From Laetmonice hystrix (lineage: Eukaryota), in assembly GCA_965235115.1 (NCBI GenBank), contig OZ249436.1:31312001-31376000 (forward strand): a DNA stretch of 64,000 bases, written 5' to 3'. The position numbers and the translations under genes were made by a program. Positions 12,961-27,361 of this stretch are shown piece after piece. Under the pieces are notes generated by a model. It searched no databases and was not told the DNA's origin. It saw nothing but the letters and a program-made list of their open reading frames with translations. The number at the start of each line of letters is the position of its first letter. Position 1 is the first letter of the stretch.

Positions 12961-13080
12961 TAAAGACAGACTATATAAGTGTGATTTAAGAGCGTTAAGT
13001 TCATTGACCTCTGTTCAAAGACAGACTATATAAGTGTGATTTAAGAGCGTTAAGTTCATTGACCTCTGTTCAAAGACAGA
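12921..13080. repeat. Tandem repeat, 55 bp, about 3 copies
   Basis: TAAGTGTGATTTAAGAGCGTTAAGTTCATTGACCTCTGTTCAAAGACAGACTATA. Confidence 0.95.
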
Positions 13081-13705
13081 GAAACATACTACATAATGTT
13101 CAAAACTACCGCATATTTAAAATGATGTTAAAACAACGTAACTCAATACGGTAACAGCAAAAGTCATCAGACCAATGAGACAGGCCCTTTATGCCATCGG
13201 TAGGGTCAAACATCTGTTAACCTCAATGTATGTATCTCGACCTGCATAACCAGACCAACCAAACTCTCTTTTCACTCCGTATTTGGAACCTGTGGACAGG
13301 CTTGCAAATTAAACGGGTGTTTAAGCTGACTAGACGGTTTTCTTTATTATGTTCGGAAAATAAGAAAAGCTATTGGGTATAATAAAAGGCTGAGCCGTTC
13401 CAATTTGCTGAACCTTGACTTTAAACAAAAAGGAGAAACCACCATCTCCAAGTTTGCCATTGCCTGTTTTTTTGGGTGAATTTTCATCAATTTCTGCAGC
13501 GTCGTCATGACATCACCATTTGGTAGGAGCATAACCCCGACGGATGCCAGTGCGCGACCCGCCCCCATCAAGTGGAAAAAGTCCCTGCTTTTATTGCAGA
13601 TTTCAAACATTTATTTTAACTTAATTGTTTATTTAATGGCAGTTCCATTTTGCAAGGTACGTGTTATGCGAAAGCGTTCTCTTTGCCTGTCTGTCTATCT
13701 CTCTC

Positions 13706-13740
<35 letters not shown>

Positions 13741-16700
13741 GCTCTCTCGCTCTCTCGCTCTCCAAAGCAATCCACATGCATACGACACTATACAACGTCA
13801 ATGGCATTATACATGTATTATCAAATGTGAGATCGATACGGCTCGATTTTACCAAAAGGTGTAAATTTAAAAGTAACTTAAGAGAACCCCCTCCCCCAGC
13901 CCCTATCTGTCATAAACCTCTTTGATGAAGATAGTGATTTTCCTGGTCATTAAGTATCCTTAGTAGGCCTGTACGTGACACGCGATGGCCCTTTCCTGCT
14001 GTACGTGCTACCAGTAGTATACGGCGGAAGCGACCCGACCCGCGTGACCCCCTAAAATGAGAGCTATTTCACAGTCATCCTAGCCTTTGCCATTTTGCAA
14101 TCGCGGTGCCTCGACAACTTATAGAGACATACATGTAGCCATCTTACGTCTCCAGTACCGCCCGTGGTGATCAGTGGTATTTCGAGGGCCGCAGATCTCC
14201 GGAAGACTGGCGTCGGTTAGTTCCCCGCTACCATCCGGCGGGCGTCGCGCTCTAGTATAATCGCAACCGTCGTGATCAGTACGTGATCGACGTGACATTT
14301 CCGAGAAAGCCGGTGATGTCGGCCGGGAATCGCAATGATTGTCCCCGGCGCGATATCTATACATGCCCCAAACTACTGCCGACGTATGGCACTGATACCT
14401 GGCCGCTGTCCGCGTGTGTTTGTGGTGGCTTTGATGATACGAGGAAAGGGTTCAGACGGACCATGGGGGCAGTTCCGTGTTGGAGGAGAGAGACGAGGGA
14501 CAGGGCGCTCGCATGCGGAAAACAAAACTTTTTAATATGCTCACCTAAGTAAGGCCAGCGAATTCAAAAAGATCGACTCTGTATAATCTTGGATTTAAAA
14601 GCCGTGTTGCTTGGTGCATGGGGTCGATATTCTCAGGCCAAAAGGCTCATGTTCCATATATGATTCTGGGCTGGTCGAATGGAACATAAACCCACCGCCC
14701 CAGGAAAATACCTCGCAGCAAGCGAGTGACGTTAGCTCGCCCCCGCCTCAACCTTCGCCTCCTCCGGGCGCCAGTGCATGGAAGAAAATGTTGAAGACAT
14801 CGATGGGCCTGAGCTCACAAGGCCCGTCCCTTATATTTTGCCTCGCTTTTTCCCCCGAAGTCCTTCAAATGGTTAAAAATCGGTAGCCTCTGGGAATTGG
14901 CCGGTCCCTTGATGGTCTGGCCCAGCATGACGCACGAAGAAAACGGTTGACAACGATATCAAATTTACGTGGAGATAAGCCGAGTTTCTCATAAACGAAG
15001 TTCTTTCAGCTGCCTTGTGAAGTTCTTTACTGCATGTGGAATAATACTTGGGATTTGAAACGTAATGTGGCCGGCAGCTAGGTTGTCTTCACGCCAGGCA
15101 CTCATCTGCTTATCTGCTTCGTGATGACGACACAAACATGGATGGGTGGCGCTATACTGGAAAGTTTAATCTCAATGTCATCCTCGCTGTCTTGGATTCA
15201 CAATAAACCCACATCTACCTTTCTCTCAATAGAGTCTTTCCTGTAGAGAAGGTTTGATGTACGTTTGTTAGAACTCAGAGCGTGAGATCTGGTTTGGTTG
15301 CGGGCAGGGCTGCCGGGCGAGGATTATAGAGGGGTATACATTATTTCTTCCCGTGTTTGTCTTTATTAGTAGTTGACTGGTTGCTATCCGTCCCGTACAT
15401 GGCAAGTGACGAGATGCATCAAATAGCGCAGTCAGTATGGTGGCTGCTGTCGAGCAGGAGTAGGGGTGCGGGGCTCAGCCTTCGTATGTCGTATACGCAA
15501 TGTGCTGCTGCCCGTGCCAATGCTGCTTTCGACGCATCTTCCACGCCATCACACTGATGCTGATCGACTGGCCCGTCGCATCCGCCCCCGCACGAGCCCA
15601 GCGGGGCACTTCCCCCCCCGCCCGCCACACGCCCGCCCCCACCCTCGCCCGCCCACCCACCTGGCTGCCCGCATCGCCACATTCGTAACGGTGTAGCATG
15701 GCTATAGGCGCAACTTTGACATGATTACTTATGTCTGTCCAAATTGTGTGCATGTCCCGTGCTTTGCAAATCGCTATACTGGTAACCCGCTGTCTTGGTT
15801 TTAATTGTCTACTCTGAATTAGCCGGTTTCAAAGCGTGCTGTCGCTTTATTATGAAGCAGACAAAACAGGCAAAGAAAACGAATCAAAACTCTTTCCCAT
15901 CAATTTGCTTCCAAAGGCAGACGTTTAGACACACCTTATGCATGTATCCTATACATGTATGCATCCTTTGGGTCTGTCTTTAACTTGGAATAGCAGGGCG
16001 AGGGCGGAGGAGGAGGAGGATGGGAGTTCTTTGTTGCTGCAGTCCTGCACACAGGGGTGCTTCCTAAGCTACCAAACATGGGTGGGGCAAAATGATGCGA
16101 GTTTATCGTAGCGCGCGACCATAGGTGAACATATAATGCGTACGTGCGTGGCACGTGCTTCGTGCGTCACACGGCCGACGGTAGTAGGTCGTAAAGCGGC
16201 CGTACATGCGCGTTAATATTATGGGATGCTAGTGGTGGTGGTGGTGGCGTTGGCGGTCGTGGATACCGTTTGCTCGGGGCCAGCTCCGACCCGTGTTGTG
16301 AGGCCTCCACTCGTTGTGCGCCTCCTCCCTCGCACTTGCACTTAAGTGACAGCTGCAGCGCGGGGGTGCTGCAATATCTATACTGCGGCCTGCCTGGGCC
16401 ACGACCGGCCTTTCTCCCCTTCTTTGTACGGCGCAGTGTCGACACGCACTGCTGAGGCTATACGGACGGCGAAGACGATGATAATGCCATGATTTCGTTG
16501 ACAAGTTATCCTCAGTTTGGGCATTTATAATGCTCCGCTCCGGATCGGCAACATTTACACGTTGGGTCATCCAGCGCAAGGAGTACATTTACTTGAAATT
16601 CTTCAACTGTGGTGGAGCAAATGCCACGCTTTAAAACGTCCGAGAATATAACCCATACACACTGGTTCGTGATTGCAGGGCCGACTTGGAGGCAGAAATT

Positions 16701-16878
16701 ACCAGTCATCTGAAATGTACACATATAGGCTACACACCGAATCATTACTGTGACAAATCACTATTATATCTACTTTTTCTCTGTGTCACTCTGAAAATCA
16801 GATAAAAAGGGAATTTTTAAGATTGTCTGTCCCTTCTCCGATCACTCAGTGGTACTGTGAGTAAATATTTTCGAGAAA

Positions 16879-17294
16879 ATGTGCCGGCCGATTGGAGGTG
16901 GTGTAGGAGTTTTGAACAGCAGGGCGCACCCACGGCGACCGACAGTCACGGACACCGACGGGAAAACGCGGCCATACTCAGCGGGGGCTTCTGTTGCTCC
17001 GGTCGCTCCCAGTGACAAAGACGTATATGGACATAGCTCTACTGGCTCCAGGAACAACAACCACAACAACAACTTCAACAACAATAAAACGAGCCTAACG
17101 TCTTCAAGTAGGCCGGCGCGGGCCTCCTGTTGTTTACTCTGGAGGGGCCTGCTCATGCCGCGAACGCTCCTCATGTGGCCTGTGTCTTTGCAGGTGTTGC
17201 TCGTGACGTTATGCTGCTGTAAACATGCGTCGTCGGATGGTAAACTCAACTTGATTCACGCTCGCCTCCTCAACATGCTGAAGACAAAACAAAG
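16879..17294 (+). CDS. First coding exon of a secreted cystine-knot growth factor precursor (signal peptide/anchor and pro-region)
   Basis: Open frame from ATG 16879, with an alternative in-frame ATG at 17155 that begins a signal-peptide-like stretch (MPRTLLMWPVSLQVLLVTLCCCKHASS). It ends at a consensus donor AG|GTAAGT (GT 17295-6) in phase 2, which matches the phase of the acceptor at 31195. Confidence 0.75.
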
Positions 17295-18237
17295 GTAAGT
17301 TTGTCCCTTTCAACTTCAAGAAATCTTTCATGGTGCAAGTTTCCCTTTAAGAAGCCGGCGTTCTACGTCAGCAAAATATTTATAAGAAAGGACAGAACGA
17401 TCAAATTCTTAACGCAGATTTACTGATGATCGGTAAACAACGCGGAAAAAAGTTGCAGTCGCTGCCGTTTGAAACAGTGTGGTTGTTTACCAAAATGATC
17501 TCTGTCTTAGATCTTTTGAAAGAGAAAGCGGGGGTTATAAATAGGCAGGAGGTAAAAAAACGCTTGGTTCTATGCATTTGTCACGATTATATCCTGGATG
17601 GTCTACAGAAAAACATTGAAATTGATGGATTTGGAATCGATTTAAGGCAGTCAATGTCAAGCGATAGACCCCATCACCCGTAGCTGAGACTCGGACGTTG
17701 GTTCTCAGGGGACCATATACGGGGAAATGTCCGGAATCGTCAACATTTATTGGCCATGATAGGTGTGAACGGTGGTTCTGTATCATTGCAGGTCATTAAT
17801 TTTCTCCACCGAAACAAGGATTGTTCCCGTAGACACCAAATCCTACATTTTAACCAACATTTTCAAATATTCATAAAATTGCGTCTTTTCGATAACATTT
17901 ACCTTCAACCAGTTGAAAATCCGTGAATGCAAACAAATTGGCGGAGGTGGGGACTGCAATTGGCTGCTTACCGGTGTGCCGTTAGGAATAAATTATAATA
18001 ATGAAGTATTAACGTCACAGTCTTTCGACGGGATCCGATTGTTCCAGAGTATGCAAAATCGTCATTGTGCAATTCAATGTCTAAACGGTCCAATATAGTG
18101 TGCTTCCTAAACATGCGTGACAACTTTATGGGAACATTCGGTGCGGAAACATTACATTCGGACCCTCTCCTTTCTTCATCTCTCTCTCGCTCCTATTAAG
18201 TTTCACTCATCGTGCATGTCGGATCTTTCTTGGCATA

Positions 18238-18240
<3 letters not shown>

Positions 18241-18314
<74 letters not shown>

Positions 18315-18319
18315 CTCTC

Positions 18320-18350
<31 letters not shown>

Positions 18351-18360
18351 CTCTCTCTGC
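18241..18360. repeat. (CT)n microsatellite; similar CT/GA tracts at 13690-13762, 19098-19363, 22545-22618, 43714-43774, 56540-56791 and 58254-58480
   Basis: Directly visible dinucleotide runs. Confidence 0.97.
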
Positions 18361-20946
18361 TGTTTCTCTTTGATCCGTCCTTCCATCCTTCCAACTCCGA
18401 AGCGGCGGTGCTATATTGTGCTAGAATGTAGAAAAATGGTATTGTCTGAGATATATAATATTGACATCACCAAATATCGATACCGTTTTATGGCAAACGT
18501 ACACGCCATGTCTATATTTAGCAACAACATGAATGATGGTATATTGCTCTAGCAAAGATGCGCGATGGGACGGGGAATGGTACAAGATATGGGAAGATCC
18601 CTTGTGCATGGTGTCGGCAACGGGCCAGCTGTTTGGGAGCGAACCGATTTGGGAAGATGAGGATTGTTACGCGCAGTATGTGCGGTGTGTGTATATGCGG
18701 TGCGTGTGTATGGTGGCGGGGGAGGGGGAGGAATGGGAGGAGGGGGAGAGGGCGGACGGTGGTGGGCGGGCCGCCGTGCTCTCTACAGTTACGTACGTCC
18801 TTCTAGCAAGGCGGTCGGTATACCAGCAGGGGAGGGCATGGTGTATTCAAAGATCGGGATATATGGAGACCTCTGACTGTATGGTACGTAGGCCCTATGT
18901 ACACGGTAAAGTTGACATAAGCATGCCCGTCATGTCTCTGTGGACACGTGGAGGCAAATCCAATAAGGCAGAGAGCGGTGTGTCTCCCGTTCTATATTTA
19001 GCCTCTTTAGCGACGGAAGAGCCGAGTTTTGCCCCTTTTTACTTACAGCTCACGTGACGCTGCAGTGTAAACTGCGGTAAGAATTGATGCAGAATGTATC
19101 TCTCTCTTTCTCTCTCTCTCGCTCTCTCGCTCTCCCTCGTTCTCTCTCTCTCGTTCTCTCTCTATCTCGCTCTCTCGGTCTCTCTCCCGCTCTCTCGCTC
19201 TCTCTCTCTTTCGCTCTTTCTCTCGCTCTCTTTCTCCCGCTCTCTCTCTCGCTATCTCTCTCGCTATCTCTCTCTCGCTCTCGCTCTCTTTCTCTCGTCT
19301 CTCTCTCTCTTTCTCTCGCTCTCTTTCGCTCTCTTTCTCTCGCTCTCTCTGGCTCTCTCTATCTGAGTTCAGTCAGGTACATGAGGTGCTCATCTTTACG
19401 TTGTATTATATCTCTCCCACCCTCAGGATGAGTTTGTCATTGGTTGTCTTACGTCATTGTTACAGCAATCATTGGCCATCTAAACTTTTCACTCTTTTTA
19501 TTCTGACGACACGGGGCACATTGCGTCCACGTTCGTTAGACTGTAAGAGTTTTATTGCCTAGCAAATATCTTACTTGATAAACCTCGGCTAGACTAAATG
19601 GACATGTGCGCTCCTCTTGGGAAATACCATGACGGCATTAAGCTTGGTTTTGCGGCCCAGTCGTCGCTGCCAGGTCCCTGGGAGTAAAGCCGGGGGCGGA
19701 GTGCAGCAGTTTCCTGTGCGATGTCGCCACAAGTCCGGGCCCACGGTGGGGACCGACAGCTAAAGGTAACACCACGGGTTCAAGTTACTAACTCCGTCAC
19801 CTGACACAGTACCACAGCCTGACGGTCCGCGCCGTCCGCGGTTACTACAACCCGAGCCTTTGTCTTGGTCCCTTGGCTTGGGGTCTTACCTCCCCCGCTC
19901 ACCCAAATCATGCGCTGATTTCGACTACTTGACTTCCCAGATACACCTGTGCACACTTGTAACGCGTGCAGGAAACAGACGGAATCGTCTTTCATCTTTG
20001 CATCGACCGACCGATAAGCTGTGTTTACTGTTTCGAGTTTGTCGTCGTTGCCTCATGAAATACTAATCCCGGCTGCAGATATCTCTTACGTTTATTGTCA
20101 TGGTTGTTAGTGTCAGAGGGAAGGTCAACAAATATCCACATCCACATTCTGCCATTTTAACCGTATATGATGGTGGCTCACACAGATCCTAAATAATATA
20201 AACTTCCCATTAGTCGCATAATACTAGACGTGTCTGTAATTAGTGACGGATATTATAAGCTGTCAAAATGCGCGTTGTGTCGTTCACCATTGCTCCCCGT
20301 GGAGATATAGGTCTATGAATAAACGTCTAATCGTTATTACATGAAGCAGAAAGAAAACCGTTGGAATTGGAAGTGATTTGTGTGCCATTAGCCTGTCGCT
20401 CAACAGATCAGAGTAGCTCTGCAAACGCTGTAAGCATGGCCGTGCGCGGGCTCTAAATCCAATGGGGGTCGGCTGAAGGGGTTGGCGGGGGCGAGATCCT
20501 ATTAAGTCACCGAAGCAAACCATGTTCACACGAGCTTAAACTAATCGGTATGGATATAACACAACAACGGTCGATATGAGCTACATACACCACTGGCCCC
20601 CGTTGGGGTTCCTTTACCGGGGGTGGGGTGGGGACGGGGGGAGGAAGGTAGAGAGACGCCACCTAAGAAAGTACTCGATCGGCCAAGTGGGTTGAGGTGC
20701 TACTGCCCAACTCCCACGCTTTCCGTCACTTGCTGCATCTAATGGCGACTGTTTTTCGCCCGATTACCTTTCGCTTTTACCGGCATTAAACGGTGGTGTT
20801 GGCGGGGGAGCAGTGCGCCCGCCAGTGTGGTCACCTTCAGGGGTGATCCGCCCCCCCCCCTCCACCGCCTCCCCAAACAAGTCTATTGCTTGGCCGGCGA
20901 CGGGCTGGTGTAAATAACACTTTCGGACAGGATAACATTCCAAGTG

Positions 20947-20977
<31 letters not shown>

Positions 20978-22541
20978 GGGATGGTTTTATTGATGGAGTG
21001 TAGAGTTCATTGGTAGCTCTCTATCTCAAAGCCTAGGAGACTAAAGCAGTTTAGTAATGCTTTTCTGAAGTTTATTTACCTTTTTAATATTTCACTTGTT
21101 AGGGGAAGCGATACGAGTCAGCAGGGTCTATGGAACATTTAACCCCCCTAAAAAAACTATTACTGAAAACTAATCATTGTACCCGTATTCAACAAGGCAG
21201 GAAACTCCAACATTATACAGGACTATTTACGTCATGCGTTTATCGTAAATAATCAAAATGTTCAATATTAATGGCAAACGTGCGATTGTTGGCACACGAG
21301 AACTGACACGCTACACAGTGTTGTGCATGGGCCCCCGCTTCTATCCAGGACATATTGGTTATACATACACACCTGCCTTGAAGCACGTACACACTTCTAT
21401 TATTTGGATGCTATCAGAACATTGGCTAAATGGGCTATGTTGTACCACACCAACCATGCAATAACAGCTTATAAATATCTAAGAATAGGCACCTAATTTC
21501 TTTTTTTAATTTTAACCGATGACTATCGCTTCTGGTTCTAATTGTCTGTGGCTCGGGCTCCTCATCATATAGACATCAGACTAATGCATAAATTCATGTT
21601 TCTCTGGTATAGATCGCCATGCTAAAATCATTGGTCAGGGTCCGCCGTAACATGAGGTCGGCCTGGTGACTAATGATACGTTATGTGAGTCAGTTAGTAC
21701 CGTATCGGGGATACGCTTGAGTCGCAGGCTGGGTAATTACGTGTTCCAACCTGGAAAATATAATATACCTGGACAAGTCGGAGCTTTGTGTCAAGGCAAC
21801 GCTTGAGGTGCTAAGATATAGAGTTCGGACGTCGAGAGTTCATATACACAGCCGCATTAACCAAATTAACCAAATTAACCAAATTATAACGCTGCTTATT
21901 AGGTCTTTTGTTACACTTATTTGCTTTTCTCGGATAAAAGGCACATCGATGTCCACTGCTGAATTTATTGTCATTCTTAAATCAAATTTACATATGTACC
22001 AGGCGTCTAAAAAAGAGACTGGTTGCAAGACAAATTGTATTGATTTTAGGGTGTTTTTTTTACCCGTAACATCAAAATTTCAGATTACACTTTTTTCCAT
22101 CACAACTCGGGCTGACTGGCAGACTGGCCAATGGAACTGATGATTAAAGCACTGAAAGCCTGATCTTTTATCAGTTTAGGGGACATCCCACGTACAACGA
22201 TCCACCTTGCTCCATCTCTCTCTGGCCTATTGCTGATAGCCTGTAACTACGGGTCATTTTTACCTACTACTTACATGACCGCGACCGCGACTAGTAAGTA
22301 GTATATGAAAAGGGATATTAGTTGCGGGATCAATCTTCAAGCAGTACTTAACCTCGCGATTTCAAGTTTGAAGTGAGCTAGACTCGGAAATAGACGAAGA
22401 CCATGTTTCTTACCGAATCAGTAGAGGGTAGAATGGCACAGCAGGCGTGGGCCATTTATTTTAAAGCTTAAGGTTTGCATCTTTTTTACATTACTGACGT
22501 AAGTAATGCAAGGAAATCGTTTAGCATTGTTTATAATGCAG

Positions 22542-22595
<54 letters not shown>

Positions 22596-23214
22596 GATAG
22601 AAGAGAAAGAGAGAGAGACCATTGCTTGCCACCGCATGCGGATGGCGATATTTGACGTGTGACGCATTCTATTCTATACTTGGTACCCTAGATTCTAGCT
22701 AGATTTTTTTTTATCCAATGTCTAATGGAAATCGTAATAGAAATATAACTTTTAGGGCCAGTTTACCGATTCGAAATGGCACGTATGACGAATGGGCTCA
22801 ATGTCTCTTAGCCGAGATATTTCTTTATTTGAGATGAAATAAACTACTTCAGATCCACGGGTCAGATATTTCCGACAAAACACACTAATTGCAGTGCAGA
22901 TAGACTACTCGTGGCCGATTGGAACACGGCACGTTTCGTTAATCGAGGACGATCTCTCTTCTCGATTGGTTTGTATTAGTGGCTACAACGACCGCCTTGC
23001 AAACAGCCCCCTGAGGAGCATTGGCCGGTCGCCGCCCGCTGCCCCCCCCCCCCTCCACCACCCCTGCCGCCACCGCCGCCACCGCCGCCACCACTGCCAC
23101 CGCCACCGCACGAGTTCCTTCAGTCACAGCGATTTTTATCTTCGCCTTGATCCAACCGACTCGGAAGTGGGGGCCACCTTCCTTCTTACAACGGACGTCA
23201 GTGGCGGAAATTGA

Positions 23215-23752
23215 GGGGTGGGCTGGGAAGGGGGTGGTCAGGGTGGGGAGTGGACCAGAGGTGTGGGGGTGTGTGGTCAGGGTGGGGAGTGGACCAGGGG
23301 TGTGGGGGGGGGGGGTGATCAGGGTGGGGTGTGGACCAGGGGTGTGGGGGTGGTCAGGGTGGGGAGTGGACCAGGGGTGTGTGTGTGTGGGGGGGGGGGG
23401 GTGATCAGGGTGGGGAGTGGACCAGGGGTGTGGGGGGTGGTCAGGGTGGGGAGTGGACCAGGGTCCGGTTTTTAGTTTGGAAACTGAGTCTTAAGATTCA
23501 AATCTTAAGATTGAATTCTTGTTTCAGAGCTTCTGATTGGTCCTTCAAATGAAGTCAGCCAATGAGAGACCACAACACAAGTCAGTCTTAAAATTCCAGT
23601 CTTAAGATTGGTAAAATGACGAACTAAAAACCAGGGCCAGGGGTGTGTGTGTGAGGGGGGGGGGAGTGGTCAGGGTGGGGAGTGGACCAGGGGTGTGTGT
23701 GTGGGGGGTGGGGTGGGGGGTGATCAGGGTGGGGACCAGGGGTGTGGGGAGG
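23215..23752. repeat. G-rich minisatellite (GGTCAGGGTGGGGAGTGGACCAGGGGTGTG core) split by a MITE
   Basis: Units at 23230-23461 and 23638-23750. Confidence 0.9.
23461..23638. mobile_element. MITE inserted into the G-rich array
   Basis: GGGTCCGGTTTTTAGTT ... GAACTAAAAACCAGGGCC inverted ends, with internal TCTTAAGA palindromes. Confidence 0.75.
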
Positions 23753-26700
23753 GAATATGAGAGGGAGACGGCAGACACTAGACGGAGAACAAACGGGGCT
23801 GTTAAATTGAGAGCAGTTATCGCAGTTATCGCAGTTATCGCAGTTATCGCAGTTATGACACAACATCTTTCTGACGTGTAGGCCTACGTGCGTCAGTTTG
23901 AAGCTTGGCGCCATTTTCATGGGGTAGTCTATATATATTGTCAAATAGGACAATAAATGGCTGCATATTTTAAAATGAAGGTACCATTATAACTTATTAA
24001 TTTTAGCCTTGTTCTGTAGTTGCTTTTTAAAACTGATTCCTGCAATATGATACAGCAATACCTACAGGTGTTAGCATGAAATTATTGTCGGAAAAATACA
24101 GTCACGCACCTTCTAACCCGTAACAGTACATAATCTAATAGATAAAATGCAATTATACACACTGTAAACTGGGTTCTAATATTTCATAATTGTTACTGAA
24201 TCGCGTGCCTAATGACATATCTGTCTGTCTGATTTTAGCCAGTATTTTATGCCAGCCGTCATTGCCATCAAACGATAATTTGTCTGAAATTCCTGCAGAA
24301 ACGAGGCAAAATGTAATTAGAGTCTATTCCACCAACCATGCCGACCGAAATGAGAGGTCCTGGCATGGCGGATAAATCGCCTGTTAGACTAGAGAAAGCT
24401 AGAGCCGCAGTTAGTTCGCTACCGCCGCCCACGCATCCTCCGGTATAATCGTTTGGGGAAACACACTAACCACATTTAGGCTCCACCGTATCAATATCTC
24501 CGTTGCTTTCAGCAAGCTAATACGTTTCATTTGGGCGACAGTGGCCCAGCCGAGACCTGGGGCTGTCGGAGGAGTTGAAGCGGCAAGAAGAAAAGGCGGG
24601 AAGAAAGCCTGACTAGAGTAATACAGACAGACGTGGCTGCGTGGCGTCGCGCGAACGGGCGCGCCAGGCTGGGATAAAGCCAATAGAACAGCCCCTCGAG
24701 CCATGCCCCCAACTGTCCCATGTCAGGCCACAAAAATGTAACAGACACCATGTTCCCCGCAGGCAGACAGCCACCCCCGCCAAGCCGCCAGCAACTGCTG
24801 CGGCTGCGCGCTTTCACTTGCCGCGACACCTAGTGGCAATGCACGGAACATAACTGGTTCGGTCATGTTATCGGTCACGTTCGGCGTTACCTGACAGGTG
24901 AAAGTCTTTTATTGTCGGGACTGCTCGGATGCTCCTGAAACTCTGTGTATCGCATTTCACATGTGTGAAAAGAATCGAACACAAAACCCCAATCTCAAAA
25001 TAGAAGTGCATGGGGTTGAGTGTGGCGTATGTTTACGACGTGTTGACCTACATGTGCCAACATTTTATAACAATCAAGAAATACCTGTCACTATTGGCAA
25101 CATAATTCAGCAGCTACAAGTCCATTTACTGCTTCGATCAATTCCTGCCGCCATGGCGTAATTTTGTGTTTCGTGCAGATGAGCCTTGATCATTTTTTAT
25201 TCCTAATGTAGTAGATGAGTTTCTAGCATTATATGATCCTATGATAGCTAGCTCCAGGACAATACCTACATGGACAACCAGCCTCTTAGAAAACCATGAT
25301 TTACCGCATCACAACCCTAGGACGATAACTATTTAGAGAAATTATCCCGAAGACAATAATTATCCCTATTGTCAACCGTAACCTTGGCTGAAGTAGAGAT
25401 AATTTCGAGAATTATTTAAAGCTTCGCCATCTTTTTGCCTACGGTATCCTTCAGTGTTGAGTGTCGGTTCAGTGTCGACCGATACGCAGAGAGTAGGCCT
25501 ATAGGCCTAAGTATATTATTATACTTCATGGAGGGGTTTTGTACTGGGTTAGCTATCTCTTTTGTCCTATAAAAATTAACTTGTGTAGAAAATGAATAGC
25601 CTGGACGTGGTTTGTTCCTGTAATTGTCTTTGTTTAGCTATCTTTGCCCTGTCGCTCAGAACTGCATTATAGGCCTAATACTTCGGTGGAGTTGTCGAGG
25701 GAAATGTCACTTTCCGTATCCCAGCTATCCGTAGCTGATGTGTAGTAATGTACATTGGAAAGCGATGCTGTGAAGTGCTCCCCCCTCTTCCCCCTATATA
25801 TTTACCACAAAATCAACTCACATAGTTGCTGTTTATTAGGGTTGATTTACCTTACATCAATGAATAATTAATGCTGTATGAAAACAAGAGGATGAGTATC
25901 CCCCTGCACCAACCCATCCCGTTAACTTGTGTTCAGCTATCCAGGGATACGGGGCCGTCTCTCTGCCTCGTCTGAGCGACCCTATAAGCGACGGTAATGC
26001 AGGCCGATGTCTACAGCCCGTTCGGGAATTTCTAAATGAGATTTCCATAAATATGTGATTTCCCGCGGAGATTAGGAGAAAAGCAGGGTCTGACTAAGGA
26101 ACTGACCTTGGTAATCGGCGATACTGATCTCCCAGTGACACACCTGACACTGTTCTCAGACAGAATGCGGCATGCCAAGGAAACGCTTGGAATCAAATTA
26201 TAGTTCTATCTGTATACGATCGGGTCGGCGGCATGTTGCATTGATATTTACAAATAATGTCATCCATGTAAGACAAGTGTCTTAAATATGGTCAACCTAG
26301 AATACTATACAAACTTTAAGTACATTTAAAATTTGTTGTTTTGTAAAATTCCCTGATCATCCGACTAATCAGGTTACAACTCTAACAGTGGCCAAATTAT
26401 ACTTTTAAAACACGTTATCAGTAGGCTGGGAATATACCATGTTTCAAGGGAGAATGTGGTCAACAGCTGGGAAGTGGCGAGTTTAAAAATATAGCTCCAG
26501 CTTGCCAGTGAAATGCTGTATACAAAACGAATACAATAAAAGGTCAATGAAAAACCTTGACCTGGAATCAGGACAGCCGGAAGAATCGATCAGAGAACCG
26601 GTAAATAGATAAAGGTACAACACAGGGTCGTCGAATGGACAGAAAGCACGGAAATAAACCCATCCTATACATGCACCTGCTTTGGCCTCCGTCGTTCCCT

Positions 26701-27136
26701 TTACCGTACACTGTTCAGTGCCTGATATCATGAAGCACGCGAATATTTTTGCTTCATGTGAATCCACACGTATGCCGCTGCTTTCCGTCTCTGGGGATAC
26801 AGAAATAGAACGGCAATGGTTCCGATTCCACGATTTATTAGCTAGAAAAACCACGTGCTTTCGTCACAAACCCACACGGATGGCGAAGTATACTGTCATG
26901 GAGAATTAATATTTTACAGTCGGCTGACTACTTCCAAAGTTTCACACTTTGATGTATGGGAATGAATGGCTCCCCCTAAAATTAAACAATCCAACCAATA
27001 TGTCATTTTTATAGAGGGCCTGCAACCAGTGTATTCTTGTTTTCAGTATCTCCTTAAGTGAAAGAATTGAGACGAACATTCATAACATTATTTTGAGGTC
27101 CCGAAGCAAAAAGACATAGATAAACTCATATCATGA

Positions 27137-27361
27137 CAGTGGGGGATCCAGGATTTTGATAAAATTTAGCCGAGTGTAGCGAGGCATGATTTTGTTGCGA
27201 TTGTGGCCATTTTGGCCCCCTTTTCACGTATAATAATATAGGAGGCTTTTTTAAAAAAAATTTGGTATCCTGGTTCCAGGGTCCGAATAATGGAATAAAA
27301 AAGGGGGAAAGGAACATTTAACGGGGGCCCGGGCCCCCTGGCCCCCCTGGATCCCACAGTG
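27137..27361. mobile_element. Short non-autonomous TIR element, 5-bp TSD CATGA
   Basis: CAGTGGGGGATCCAGG ... CCTGGATCCCACAGTG; CATGA at 27132-27136 and 27362-27366. Confidence 0.75.

Noticed and set aside
18533..19057. 174-aa ORF in the growth-factor intron
   Set aside because: No recognisable domain, partly low-complexity, and no convincing splice sites in a compatible phase.
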